This document shows, one piece after another, positions 1 to 6,962 of a DNA stretch of 64,000 bases (position 1 is the stretch's first letter; every line of letters starts with the position of its first letter). Below the pieces are notes generated by a model. The model was not told where the DNA came from and made no database searches. It was given only the letters and a program-made list of their open reading frames with translations. Position numbers and translations under genes: made by a program. The stretch is from a virus (Duplodnaviria > Caudoviricetes): positions 6,958 to 70,957 of the IMG/VR virus record IMGVR_UViG_3300028048_000004; one strand, given 5' to 3'.

Positions 1-462
1 TCTAACTTCGGGCACATAATGTGTACCATTATTCTTCTCCGCAAATTCAAGTATTTCATCTGGTGTATATCTATCCATATGAAATACTGTTCCACGACTT
101 CTGATTGTTTCAAGAGTATTATTTTCATCCTCTAATGTCATTACAAAATATGCATTGTTGGGTGGTTCTTCTGTTACTTTCAAAAGTGCGTTTTTAGCGG
201 CATTTGACATAGTATCTGCATCGGCAAACAAATATATACACTGAGAACCAATCAATCTATAACTCTCTGTGATACTCTGTCTTACTGCGTCAACAGAAAT
301 ACCGATGTTACTCAATATGCCTGTCCCGAACTGCTGATAAATCCAATGAACAAGCGTTTTCTTTCCACTTCCCTTCAGCCCAACTAAAATGCTGAACCGG
401 GGAAATGTGTTGTCTTTAATAAGCTGTTCAGTTCGACTTTGTAGATTACGCTGTCCAATCAT
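1..462 (-). CDS. holB: Clamp-loader delta'-like subunit (HolB-like), truncated by the window edge
   Basis: Not in the ORF track. Manual translation from ATG at 462 (ATGA overlap with the dnaX stop): MIGQRNLQ...ILVGLKGSGKKT...AAKNALLKVTEEPP...LETIRSRG, an AAA+ clamp-loader pattern, open to position 1. Confidence 0.75.
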   Translation of the reverse strand, partial: MIGQRNLQSRTEQLIKDNTFPRFSILVGLKGSGKKTLVHWIYQQFGTGILSNIGISVDAVRQSITESYRLIGSQCIYLFADADTMSNAAKNALLKVTEEPPNNAYFVMTLEDENNTLETIRSRGTVFHMDRYTPDEILEFAEKNNGTHYVPEVR

Positions 463-1511
463 TCTACACCACCATTCCTACTATTTATAACAATAGTAGC
501 TTCTATATCATATTTAACGGACTGCGACCATTTAATGTCTGCATTAAGATTTACAAACACTGACAGCCAATCATTGATAGCATTAAATTCCCTGTCACCG
601 CAGTCTTTCAACCACTGTTCATAATCTGCTAACCTTGGAAGAGTAAGATATTTCCAGTTGCATCCAATTCCCCATTTAGACAGATCAAGTAAGAACTGAA
701 CGTACTGCCGGACAAAAGTTTTTAAATCCTTACCTTCATTGTAAATATTCTCAATAAGCTGTAATGCTAATCTGGTACTTTCTTCACCGTTCATTTGTAG
801 CAGATAATCAGTAAGTTTAAACATGGTATCATAGTCTGTAGTTCCTAATGCTTTCACTACATTTTCAAGGGTTAAATCTTTTGAATATGCTAAACACTTG
901 TCCAGATAAGTTATACTGTCCCTACACCCACCCTCACTTAATTTAGCTATATATTCAATAGCGTCCATATCATGAGCATCATCCTCATCACGTTCATTAT
1001 CGAGAATATAGTCCAATCTTTTTACAATTCCCTCTGTACTGATCCTCTGAAAATCGTATCTCTGTACTCTGGAAAGGATTGTCTTAGGTATCTTCTGAGG
1101 ATCGGTGGTGCAAAAGATAAAAATACTCTTTGCAGGCGGTTCTTCAATAATTTTCAACATAGCTTGCCACGCTGAATTACTGAGTGCGTGACATTCATCA
1201 ACGATAAAGATTTTATATTCACTATCCAGTGATTTTGTTTTTGCTTGCTGAATAATGTTTCGCACATCGTCAACACCGTTGTTACTTGCGGCATCAAGTT
1301 CAATGGGATTTCCTTCACCTTTATTAATATCATTCGCAAATATTCTTGCACACGTCGTCTTGCCACACCCGGCAGGGCCGCAGAAAAGATATGCATTCTT
1401 AACCTCTCCAGACTCCAACTGTTGCTGTAAAATTATTTTTGTACTACCCTGTTCCACCACATCTTCCCATGTTCTAGGACGATATTTTATTGCTAACGCT
1501 TTAGTTGCCAT
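459..1511 (-). CDS. dnaX: DNA polymerase III gamma/tau-like clamp loader
   Basis: KYRP start, Walker A GPAGCGKTT, IELDAASNNGVDDVR, DECH, KIIEEPP, TILSRVQ. Confidence 0.95.
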   Translation of the reverse strand: MATKALAIKYRPRTWEDVVEQGSTKIILQQQLESGEVKNAYLFCGPAGCGKTTCARIFANDINKGEGNPIELDAASNNGVDDVRNIIQQAKTKSLDSEYKIFIVDECHALSNSAWQAMLKIIEEPPAKSIFIFCTTDPQKIPKTILSRVQRYDFQRISTEGIVKRLDYILDNERDEDDAHDMDAIEYIAKLSEGGCRDSITYLDKCLAYSKDLTLENVVKALGTTDYDTMFKLTDYLLQMNGEESTRLALQLIENIYNEGKDLKTFVRQYVQFLLDLSKWGIGCNWKYLTLPRLADYEQWLKDCGDREFNAINDWLSVFVNLNADIKWSQSVKYDIEATIVINSRNGGVE

Positions 1512-1728
1512 TATTATCCTCCACTAATTTGTATAAACCATATCTGGTGCGTTCACCAAATCGATTTGTCCCATCTACCATAACGGTACTTATGTTATAC
1601 CCGGACTCCCTTAATTCTTGAATACGGGCAGACAGCCGTGCAATCCCTAAATCAAGAAGTGCATCACGGTTTGTGATACCGTGATGCTTTCTCATATAAT
1701 CAAGTATTCTTGGTTTACTTCCCGTCAT
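1501..1728 (-). CDS. Small winged helix-turn-helix protein
   Basis: ILDYM...GIT...LGIARLSARIQELRESGYNI pattern common in phage wHTH proteins. Confidence 0.7.
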   Translation of the reverse strand: MTGSKPRILDYMRKHHGITNRDALLDLGIARLSARIQELRESGYNISTVMVDGTNRFGERTRYGLYKLVEDNNGN

Positions 1729-2047
1729 TACTTATCGCCTCCCCGAAGTCGTAAAACTCAACACCATACAGTTCAAGGCACCAGTACCCATCATACTTAC
1801 CATACAAATAATCATCCGGGTCAAACTCTTTGAATTTAATCGGCTCTCCGATTACTTCTGCTACATCTTTAATCTTGTGTACACCGACACCCTTTTCTAA
1901 CTTATTATAACTGTCCGCTGTAACTTTCCATCTCGTATCGGATGTTTCCTCTGGTGCAAACTGCACTGATCTCATTGCGGCTCTTGCTCCGATTGCAAGT
2001 TCCATTAACCAATTCTTCACATCCTTCACATACTGCTCTCTCGTCAT
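1715..2047 (-). CDS. Hypothetical protein
   Basis: 110-aa ORF coupled to its neighbours. Confidence 0.6.
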   Translation of the reverse strand: MTREQYVKDVKNWLMELAIGARAAMRSVQFAPEETSDTRWKVTADSYNKLEKGVGVHKIKDVAEVIGEPIKFKEFDPDDYLYGKYDGYWCLELYGVEFYDFGEAISNDGK

Positions 2048-2048
2048 C

Positions 2049-2390
2049 TTAGTTTTCCTCCTCTAAATAGTTTTTGAGTGTTTCGAAAAGTCTTTCACTT
2101 ATTACATAGTACCGCTTATTTGCTGATGGGCCGAAGTCAAAACAAAGTGCTGAATTATTTTTACCCATTGCAAACGCTTCTTCCTCATTCTTCAGTAACC
2201 AATCTTCTTTAATTGTAAATGAAGAACAATCCTTTGTTTTAGTTTTACATTCGATTAACCAATCTTTTGTAGTTATGTCACCCTTCTGAAAAGGTGTTGC
2301 TCCACTGTTCGCTGTCCTCTTTCCGTTTACTGCTTTTGCTACCTTCTTTTCCTGCTGTTTTGAATAATACCGTGTTGACAACATCTTCAT
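2049..2390 (-). CDS. PD-(D/E)XK nuclease, Hjc-like Holliday junction resolvase
   Basis: QEKKVA...SGA...KGDI...LIECKT motif. Confidence 0.7.
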   Translation of the reverse strand: MKMLSTRYYSKQQEKKVAKAVNGKRTANSGATPFQKGDITTKDWLIECKTKTKDCSSFTIKEDWLLKNEEEAFAMGKNNSALCFDFGPSANKRYYVISERLFETLKNYLEEEN

Positions 2391-2408
2391 ATCCTCCTTA
2401 CAGTTATT

Positions 2409-2437
2409 AATATACTACATATTTAAAAATGTGTCAA
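2409..2437 (-). promoter_or_regulatory. Sigma70-type promoter
   Basis: TTGACA-17-TATATT upstream of AAGGAGG RBS. Confidence 0.7.
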
Positions 2438-2440
2438 CTA

Positions 2441-2647
2441 TTAATTTTCTCTTCTTTTCTTTTTTGCGTATGGTATCATTCGCTTCATGACCTCATACCT
2501 ATAACTACTTGCTATTGCATCATCAGACTTGGCTTTAATAATAGTAGCACGTTCCTCATCCAACTGCTTTTTCCAATTCTTATACTGCTCACAATTTGAA
2601 TGACAACTCTCATATCGTTCTGTACAATCTTTACACGGTGCTATCAA
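2441..2647 (-). CDS. Small Cys-rich hypothetical protein
   Basis: PCKDCTERYESCHSNCEQY, a metal-binding-like pattern. Confidence 0.6.
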   Translation of the reverse strand: MIAPCKDCTERYESCHSNCEQYKNWKKQLDEERATIIKAKSDDAIASSYRYEVMKRMIPYAKKKRREN

Positions 2648-3003
2648 AACAATCTCCTTTTCTTTCCCACATCTTTCTTCTTAGTTTCCGCTTCAGCATT
2701 ATGTCTTGTCAAAATTTTTGTTGCAATATCCACCACCCAGTCTAATGTAACCGGCAACTGCATTCCAGTGCTTGCATCCCAATCAATAAAATACTCTGCG
2801 AGCGTCACTTGTTCTGCTATCTGTGGATATGAAGTTTGTAGATGTTGCAATTCTTTTGCCCACACATTCCATTTCTGATCTGAAATAACAGAAGCGTTTA
2901 AATGATAATAAATGCAGGAGTGAATTAAAAGCTGATAGCGTCTCTGCTGTATCTTTTCCGCTATCTGTAATTCATCTCCTGTAAAAATTTCATATACTTT
3001 CAT
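2644..3003 (-). CDS. Stand-alone protein resembling the N-terminal Ia subdomain of NAD-dependent DNA ligase
   Basis: RRYQLLIHSCIYYHLNASVISDQKWNVWAKELQHLQ resembles the LigA Ia YY...ISD..YD..L..LE pattern; start taken at MKVYE (3003). Confidence 0.55.
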   Translation of the reverse strand: MKVYEIFTGDELQIAEKIQQRRYQLLIHSCIYYHLNASVISDQKWNVWAKELQHLQTSYPQIAEQVTLAEYFIDWDASTGMQLPVTLDWVVDIATKILTRHNAEAETKKKDVGKKRRLF

Positions 3004-3143
3004 CGTGACTCCCACTCTGAACACGTGTCCTTACTTTCAACTTCTAAACTGTTATTTTCTGAATATTCGTTGGTACAGTATCTTTCACCTTCTATAAACT
3101 GACACCAATAACAATTTGCACAGCAGTTATTTTGATTGCTCAT
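3000..3143 (-). CDS. 47-aa Cys-rich hypothetical protein (not in ORF track)
   Basis: AGGAGG RBS; MSNQNNCCANCYWCQFIEGERYCTNEYSENNSLEVESKDTCSEWESR; ATGA overlap with the next gene. Confidence 0.6.
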   Translation of the reverse strand: MSNQNNCCANCYWCQFIEGERYCTNEYSENNSLEVESKDTCSEWESR

Positions 3144-3167
3144 TACTACCTCCTATATTTTAATAAA

Positions 3168-3200
3168 CTGCCCCAGATGGACTCGAACCATCAAATGCAG
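3168..3200 (-). pseudogene. Orphan 3' half of a tRNA-Gln gene
   Basis: CTG CATTT GATGG TTCGAGT CCATC TGGGGCA G: T-arm plus acceptor strand pairing 7/7 with the 5' half at 3926-3932. Confidence 0.8.
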
Positions 3201-3219
3201 AACATATTCACAATTTTAA

Positions 3220-3291
3220 CAGCGGCAGTAGGAATCGAACCTACATTGTCAGGGTCAAAGCCTGCTGTACTAACCTTTATACTATACCGCT
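3220..3291 (-). tRNA. tRNA-Gln(UUG), intact, no encoded CCA
   Basis: Acceptor AGCGGTA/TGCCGCT; anticodon arm GCAGG-CTTTGAC-CCTGA; T-arm GTAGG-TTCGATT-CCTAC. Confidence 0.85.
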
Positions 3292-3297
3292 ATAAAA

Positions 3298-3747
3298 TTA
3301 CTTTCTGTTTCCAAATTTATCAATGAACTGGTTACCATTAAAACCTCGTAACTTTGCACTAGCACTACACTTTTGACAAAAATCTTTCGACATTTTTCTT
3401 CCCTTATTTACTGGTCCATGTTCCTTAACGTAATTTGCTAATCGCATATTACCTTTACTATGCAAACTTGAATGTTCACATCTTGATAATATCTGTAAAT
3501 TATTCAGTGCATTATTATGTGTATTTTCATCTATATGATGTACAATACAACCACGTGTGTAATCCTGCAAATACTTCATAGCAACAACTGTATGAACACC
3601 AAAAATATGTCTTTTATGATTAGTGTCAAATAATAATACTTGTAAATATTTATTAGACTTAAATGGTTTAATTTCTACTCCATTTTTATACACTCTACCA
3701 AGTTCATCAACATCATAATTTGGAAACATTTCTTGAAAGTTATACAT
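3298..3747 (-). CDS. Free-standing HNH homing endonuclease
   Basis: VHTVVAMKYL...VHHIDENTHNNALNNLQILSRCEHSSLH (HNH_3 type) with basic C-terminal tail. Confidence 0.85.
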   Translation of the reverse strand: MYNFQEMFPNYDVDELGRVYKNGVEIKPFKSNKYLQVLLFDTNHKRHIFGVHTVVAMKYLQDYTRGCIVHHIDENTHNNALNNLQILSRCEHSSLHSKGNMRLANYVKEHGPVNKGRKMSKDFCQKCSASAKLRGFNGNQFIDKFGNRK

Positions 3748-3868
3748 AATACCACTCCTTAAAATATAAAAACGCTATTGGAGTGCATGGTGCGAGCATA
3801 CACTTTTAGACCAATAGCGTTCTTAGCATAATTTAGTGGTGTAAAGTCTCGCACTCTTTACGAGTGAT
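3748..3868 (-). ncRNA. Structured kissing-loop leader RNA, copy 1
   Basis: Hairpin GTAAAG-aGTGCGAGa-CTTTAC; long hairpin CGCTATTGG..GTGTATG-CTCGCAC-CATGCAC..CCAATAGCG followed by T-tract and RBS; the two loops are exactly complementary. Confidence 0.7.
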
Positions 3869-3897
3869 ATTATAACATAACTTTATTAAATTGTAAA
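3869..3897 (-). promoter_or_regulatory. Sigma70-type promoter of the HNH cassette
   Basis: TTTACA-17-TATAAT. Confidence 0.8.
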
Positions 3898-3898
3898 T

Positions 3899-3932
3899 AA
3901 GTGCTGTGCCTTAACCATTTGGCGATGGGGCA
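3899..3932 (-). pseudogene. Orphan 5' half of a tRNA-Gln gene
   Basis: TGCCCCA TC GCC AAATGGT TAAGGC A CAGCA CTT, breaking in the anticodon loop; U1 start typical of tRNA-Gln. Confidence 0.8.
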
Positions 3933-3934
3933 AA

Positions 3935-4570
3935 AATTGTGGCAGAACCATATTCTTTCAAGCACGTTCACTTATTGGCTACTTTGCAATTCCAAACTAA
4001 CTTACTTACTGGAATATCCAATTAGTATATTTTCTACCTAATCCAACGGAGCGACCAACTCTTTGTATATAGTAGGAAACGGTAACAGTTTCAATCCAGT
4101 CTTTGATTAGGTGGGGGTATTCAAGCGTTCAATCTCCTTTTTCATTGCATACTCCAAACTTTCAGCCACCACAAACGGGAGCAGAAGGATTCGAACCTTC
4201 GTTTTCTGATTGATGGTTACCAGACTGTTGCCTTAGACATACTCTAACAAGCACATCACTCTTGTACCCTTTGTCTACACTTACACTCCCATATTGACCG
4301 CCCCTGTCTCGCAAACTCAGGCGGTCATTTCTGACTAAATAATCAGAAAAACTGGCGGCGGTCTTGGCCTTCGACCGCACTTTAATGCTCATTAACAAAC
4401 CAGTCTAAACTGCATGATATATCTACCATGACTAACTTCCAATCAGGTTTTCGTATACTCATATTGGAGTCTTTGCATACTAAGGTCTGCCTTTTCGTTA
4501 ATAACTCATCTGAAATTATTAACTACGCATATCTGCACTATGATAATAGAGGTATTACCAGACCACTCCT
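3935..4570 (-). ncRNA. Candidate large structured ncRNA within the tRNA island
   Basis: Many nested helices and no credible CDS; see findings. Confidence 0.55.
4176..4290 (-). ncRNA. 115-nt tRNA-like domain with an expanded D-arm region
   Basis: Acceptor GGGAGTG/TGCTCCC; canonical T-arm GAAGG-TTCGAAT-CCTTC; no 7-nt anticodon loop. Confidence 0.55.
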
Positions 4571-4572
4571 TA

Positions 4573-4680
4573 TTATGCGGGTAAGGATTTGCACCTTACA
4601 TGAACTGCATTTTCCAAGGCTCTGTCGACTCGACCTATCAGTTCTTATGCTTAAGCGTCTACCTATTCCGCCACCGCATA
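4573..4680 (-). ncRNA. tRNA-Leu-like RNA with non-canonical anticodon arm, copy 1
   Basis: Acceptor TATGCGG/CCGCATA + A73; D-arm GCGGAATAGGTAGACGC; T-arm TAAGG-TGCAAAT-CCTTA. Confidence 0.65.
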
Positions 4681-4737
4681 ACGTAGTCTTTCCCACTGTC
4701 AGACAAAGTCCTCCATTCTTGCACAACGAATGGGGAA

Positions 4738-4811
4738 TCGGGAATACTGGACTTGAACCAGTGACACATGGCTTATAAGGCCACCGCTCTAACCAACTGA
4801 GCTAATTCCCG
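4738..4811 (-). tRNA. tRNA-Ile(UAU)
   Basis: Acceptor CGGGAAT/ATTCCCG; D-arm GCTC/GAGC; anticodon arm GTGGC-CTTATAA-GCCAT; T-arm ACTGG-TTCAAGT-CCAGT. Confidence 0.9.
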
Positions 4812-4909
4812 TGAGTGCGTCTCAGGGGATAGAGGAGGACGCACTGTTGCGGTTCATATCTGCACCCCACAGTAACAGATTGTGCGTTGCTACCACAACA
4901 AAACGCTAA

Positions 4910-4993
4910 TGCGGGTAGTGGGAGTTGAACCCACACGATATTACTATCAGAGGATTTTAAGTCCCCTACGTCTGCCTATTCCGTCATACCCGC
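4910..4993 (-). tRNA. tRNA-Leu(UAA)
   Basis: Acceptor GCGGGTA/TACCCGC + A73; anticodon arm GGGGA-CTTAAAA-TCCTC; long variable arm; T-loop TTCAACT. Confidence 0.9.
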
Positions 4994-5002
4994 CGAACTT
5001 AC

Positions 5003-5167
5003 TTAAAGAATATCGAAAATATAATCATCTTCTAATCCTAAATAATCTTGAATTGCTTCATCGTTTCCGTCCATCAACGACTCTAAGCACTGATCAATTA
5101 AATCATTGGCTTCTTCTTTTGTCATACCATCCCGCTTCACAAGAATATTGACAACATCTTTTCTCAT
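5003..5167 (-). CDS. Small acidic hypothetical protein
   Basis: Start at MRKDVV after GGAGG RBS; ATGA overlap with the upstream gene. Confidence 0.6.
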   Translation of the reverse strand: MRKDVVNILVKRDGMTKEEANDLIDQCLESLMDGNDEAIQDYLGLEDDYIFDIL

Positions 5168-5709
5168 GCTACTTCCTCCTTCTCTGTAATAGCGGACCTG
5201 ATGATCCAACCTTCCCAAACTACATCAACAAGTTTCTGTTTAATTCCGTCTACATCGTTAATATCTAAATCCATAATGAACGGAACTTTTGTAATGCATT
5301 CCGGGCCAATGCCATATTTCTGAGAAATAGGATTTGTCAATGTTCTTCCACACCGCATACACCGAATAACTGGCTCTGCTTGTCCATGTAACTTCATGTA
5401 TACCATTCCACGGGTTTCTTTTTCAATAGTACCAACCATTGTTCTCAATGGCATTGGATTGTTATTATTGAACTTCGACATGAAGTCAAATCCGGGACTA
5501 GCATATTCTGTCATATACTTCTTGACTGTAACACGATACTGTGTCTTGTCGTTTAACGTGTCTACCACGCTCTTAATTGCGTTTTTAGTGTTTGACTGTA
5601 AAATAATACAATCGTTATCTGAAAGTGTCTTAAAATCGAAATTAGACGCTTCTACAGCAGTGTCGTTTATGAGTATTTCACCTTTCCAGTCTTTTAAGAG
5701 ATCTAACAT
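5164..5709 (-). CDS. Hypothetical protein with zinc-ribbon motif (DUF6011-like)
   Basis: CMRCGRTLTNPISQKYGIGPEC. Confidence 0.6.
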   Translation of the reverse strand: MLDLLKDWKGEILINDTAVEASNFDFKTLSDNDCIILQSNTKNAIKSVVDTLNDKTQYRVTVKKYMTEYASPGFDFMSKFNNNNPMPLRTMVGTIEKETRGMVYMKLHGQAEPVIRCMRCGRTLTNPISQKYGIGPECITKVPFIMDLDINDVDGIKQKLVDVVWEGWIIRSAITEKEEVA

Positions 5710-5746
5710 ACTTTAATTGTTTTCTCCTTTCTTGAGTTTTTATGAA

Positions 5747-5851
5747 TGATGCGGGTAAGGATTTGCACCTTACATACAAAGACTCTTGTCTAAGCACCAT
5801 CCTATGTATACAACACTCGGACGGCTCGGCTACCTATTTCGTCACCGCATC
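5747..5851 (-). ncRNA. tRNA-Leu-like RNA with non-canonical anticodon arm, copy 2
   Basis: Acceptor GATGCGG/CCGCATC + A73; same T-arm sequence as copy 1; different middle. Confidence 0.65.
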
Positions 5852-5883
5852 GACTTGTAAACCCCATATCGTTTACATTATGT

Positions 5884-5912
5884 AGTATAACATTTATTTC
5901 TATATTTGTCAA
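5884..5912 (-). promoter_or_regulatory. Promoter driving the tRNA/ncRNA island
   Basis: TTGACA-17-TATACT. Confidence 0.75.
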
Positions 5913-5921
5913 CAACTATTT

Positions 5922-6962
5922 TTAATTTTCTTTCATAACTTTATCTACCAACTTTTCCACACAATTTAATAGTGTCTGATCTGTTTTTAATTTCTCATAT
6001 ACACTGGATTGTCCATGTATCTTACCTTCCAAAAGTTCTCCAGTCTCTATATCTACTATATCAAACCACGCACCAGATTTTTTCACAATGTCATATTTAA
6101 TTGCCACTTCTATTAAATCACGCAGATAATCAATACCAATCTCATAATTAATGGTATAAAAACCAGTACGTCTAACAGGTGGACAGGTTTTGTTTTTGGT
6201 CATGGACATCATAACTATATTACCAACCGGACTCTCCGCAGACCGTGTTAATTCGTTACCCTTATCATCTATGAACTTGCCACGACTAAACTGCATACGA
6301 ACAGCACAAAAATGTTTCCACGCTTTGCCGCCGGGTGTAACTACTCCACCCCATGTACTGTTTAAGTCTTCTCGTATCTGATTGATGCCGATCCCGGTAC
6401 ACTTATGTCTCTGCATAAGCATTTCTATCTTTTTACCAAACAATGTGAGAGACTTCGCTATACCACCATATGTCTTGTCTTCCATTGTCTTTTCAAGTTC
6501 CTGACTAGACATTAATGCACCTATACTGTCAAGTACCCATAATCCTACTTCCCCGGTATCTACGCTGTCACAGATAATTTGAAAAATCTCTTCCGCAGAT
6601 TGAGATTTTGGCTGTAAAATGTACATCTTATCTACATCTACACCGATTTTCTTTGCCCACTCAACATCCAACGTGTTTTCAGCATCTATGTACAAAACAT
6701 CCCTATCATCCCCGGATTTCTGATAGTTTGCAACAATATCTAGCGCAGTTGTTGTTTTCCCACCATGCTCTTCACCGTAAAATTCTGTTATCTTACCTAT
6801 AGGAATGCCGCCGAACGTACAATAGTTCATTCTAGGAGAAGTAAACGGGATACGTTTATAAGAAAATTCACTTAAACCCTGTGTAATGATTTCTTCTTTA
6901 AACCGTTTGTTTGCATTTTTCATAATCTCATCAAGTTTTAATCCCATAAGTAATTCCCTCAT
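5922..6962 (-). CDS. recA: RecA-family recombinase
   Basis: GGIPIGKITEFYGEEHGGKTT; YIDAENTLD; VLDSIGAL; INQIRE; TPGGKAWKH. Confidence 0.95.
   Translation of the reverse strand: MRELLMGLKLDEIMKNANKRFKEEIITQGLSEFSYKRIPFTSPRMNYCTFGGIPIGKITEFYGEEHGGKTTTALDIVANYQKSGDDRDVLYIDAENTLDVEWAKKIGVDVDKMYILQPKSQSAEEIFQIICDSVDTGEVGLWVLDSIGALMSSQELEKTMEDKTYGGIAKSLTLFGKKIEMLMQRHKCTGIGINQIREDLNSTWGGVVTPGGKAWKHFCAVRMQFSRGKFIDDKGNELTRSAESPVGNIVMMSMTKNKTCPPVRRTGFYTINYEIGIDYLRDLIEVAIKYDIVKKSGAWFDIVDIETGELLEGKIHGQSSVYEKLKTDQTLLNCVEKLVDKVMKEN

Noticed and set aside
3201-3898. Group I intron splicing the two tRNA-Gln halves
   Set aside because: The insert lacks P1 U.G, P7 core and terminal-G context, contains a promoter and a whole tRNA, and several anticodon-arm bases are missing from the 3' half.
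4812-4909. Theta (HDV-like) ribozyme 3' of tRNA-Leu
   Set aside because: Could not build P1 with the CTATCCCC segment or a nested double pseudoknot starting at the tRNA 3' end; kept only as a low-interest structured spacer.
4162-5151. ORF-track calls 4162-4398, 4428-4778, 4538-4726, 4882-5151 and 3132-3326
   Set aside because: They overlap tRNAs and structured RNA, lack RBSs and have no protein-like motifs.
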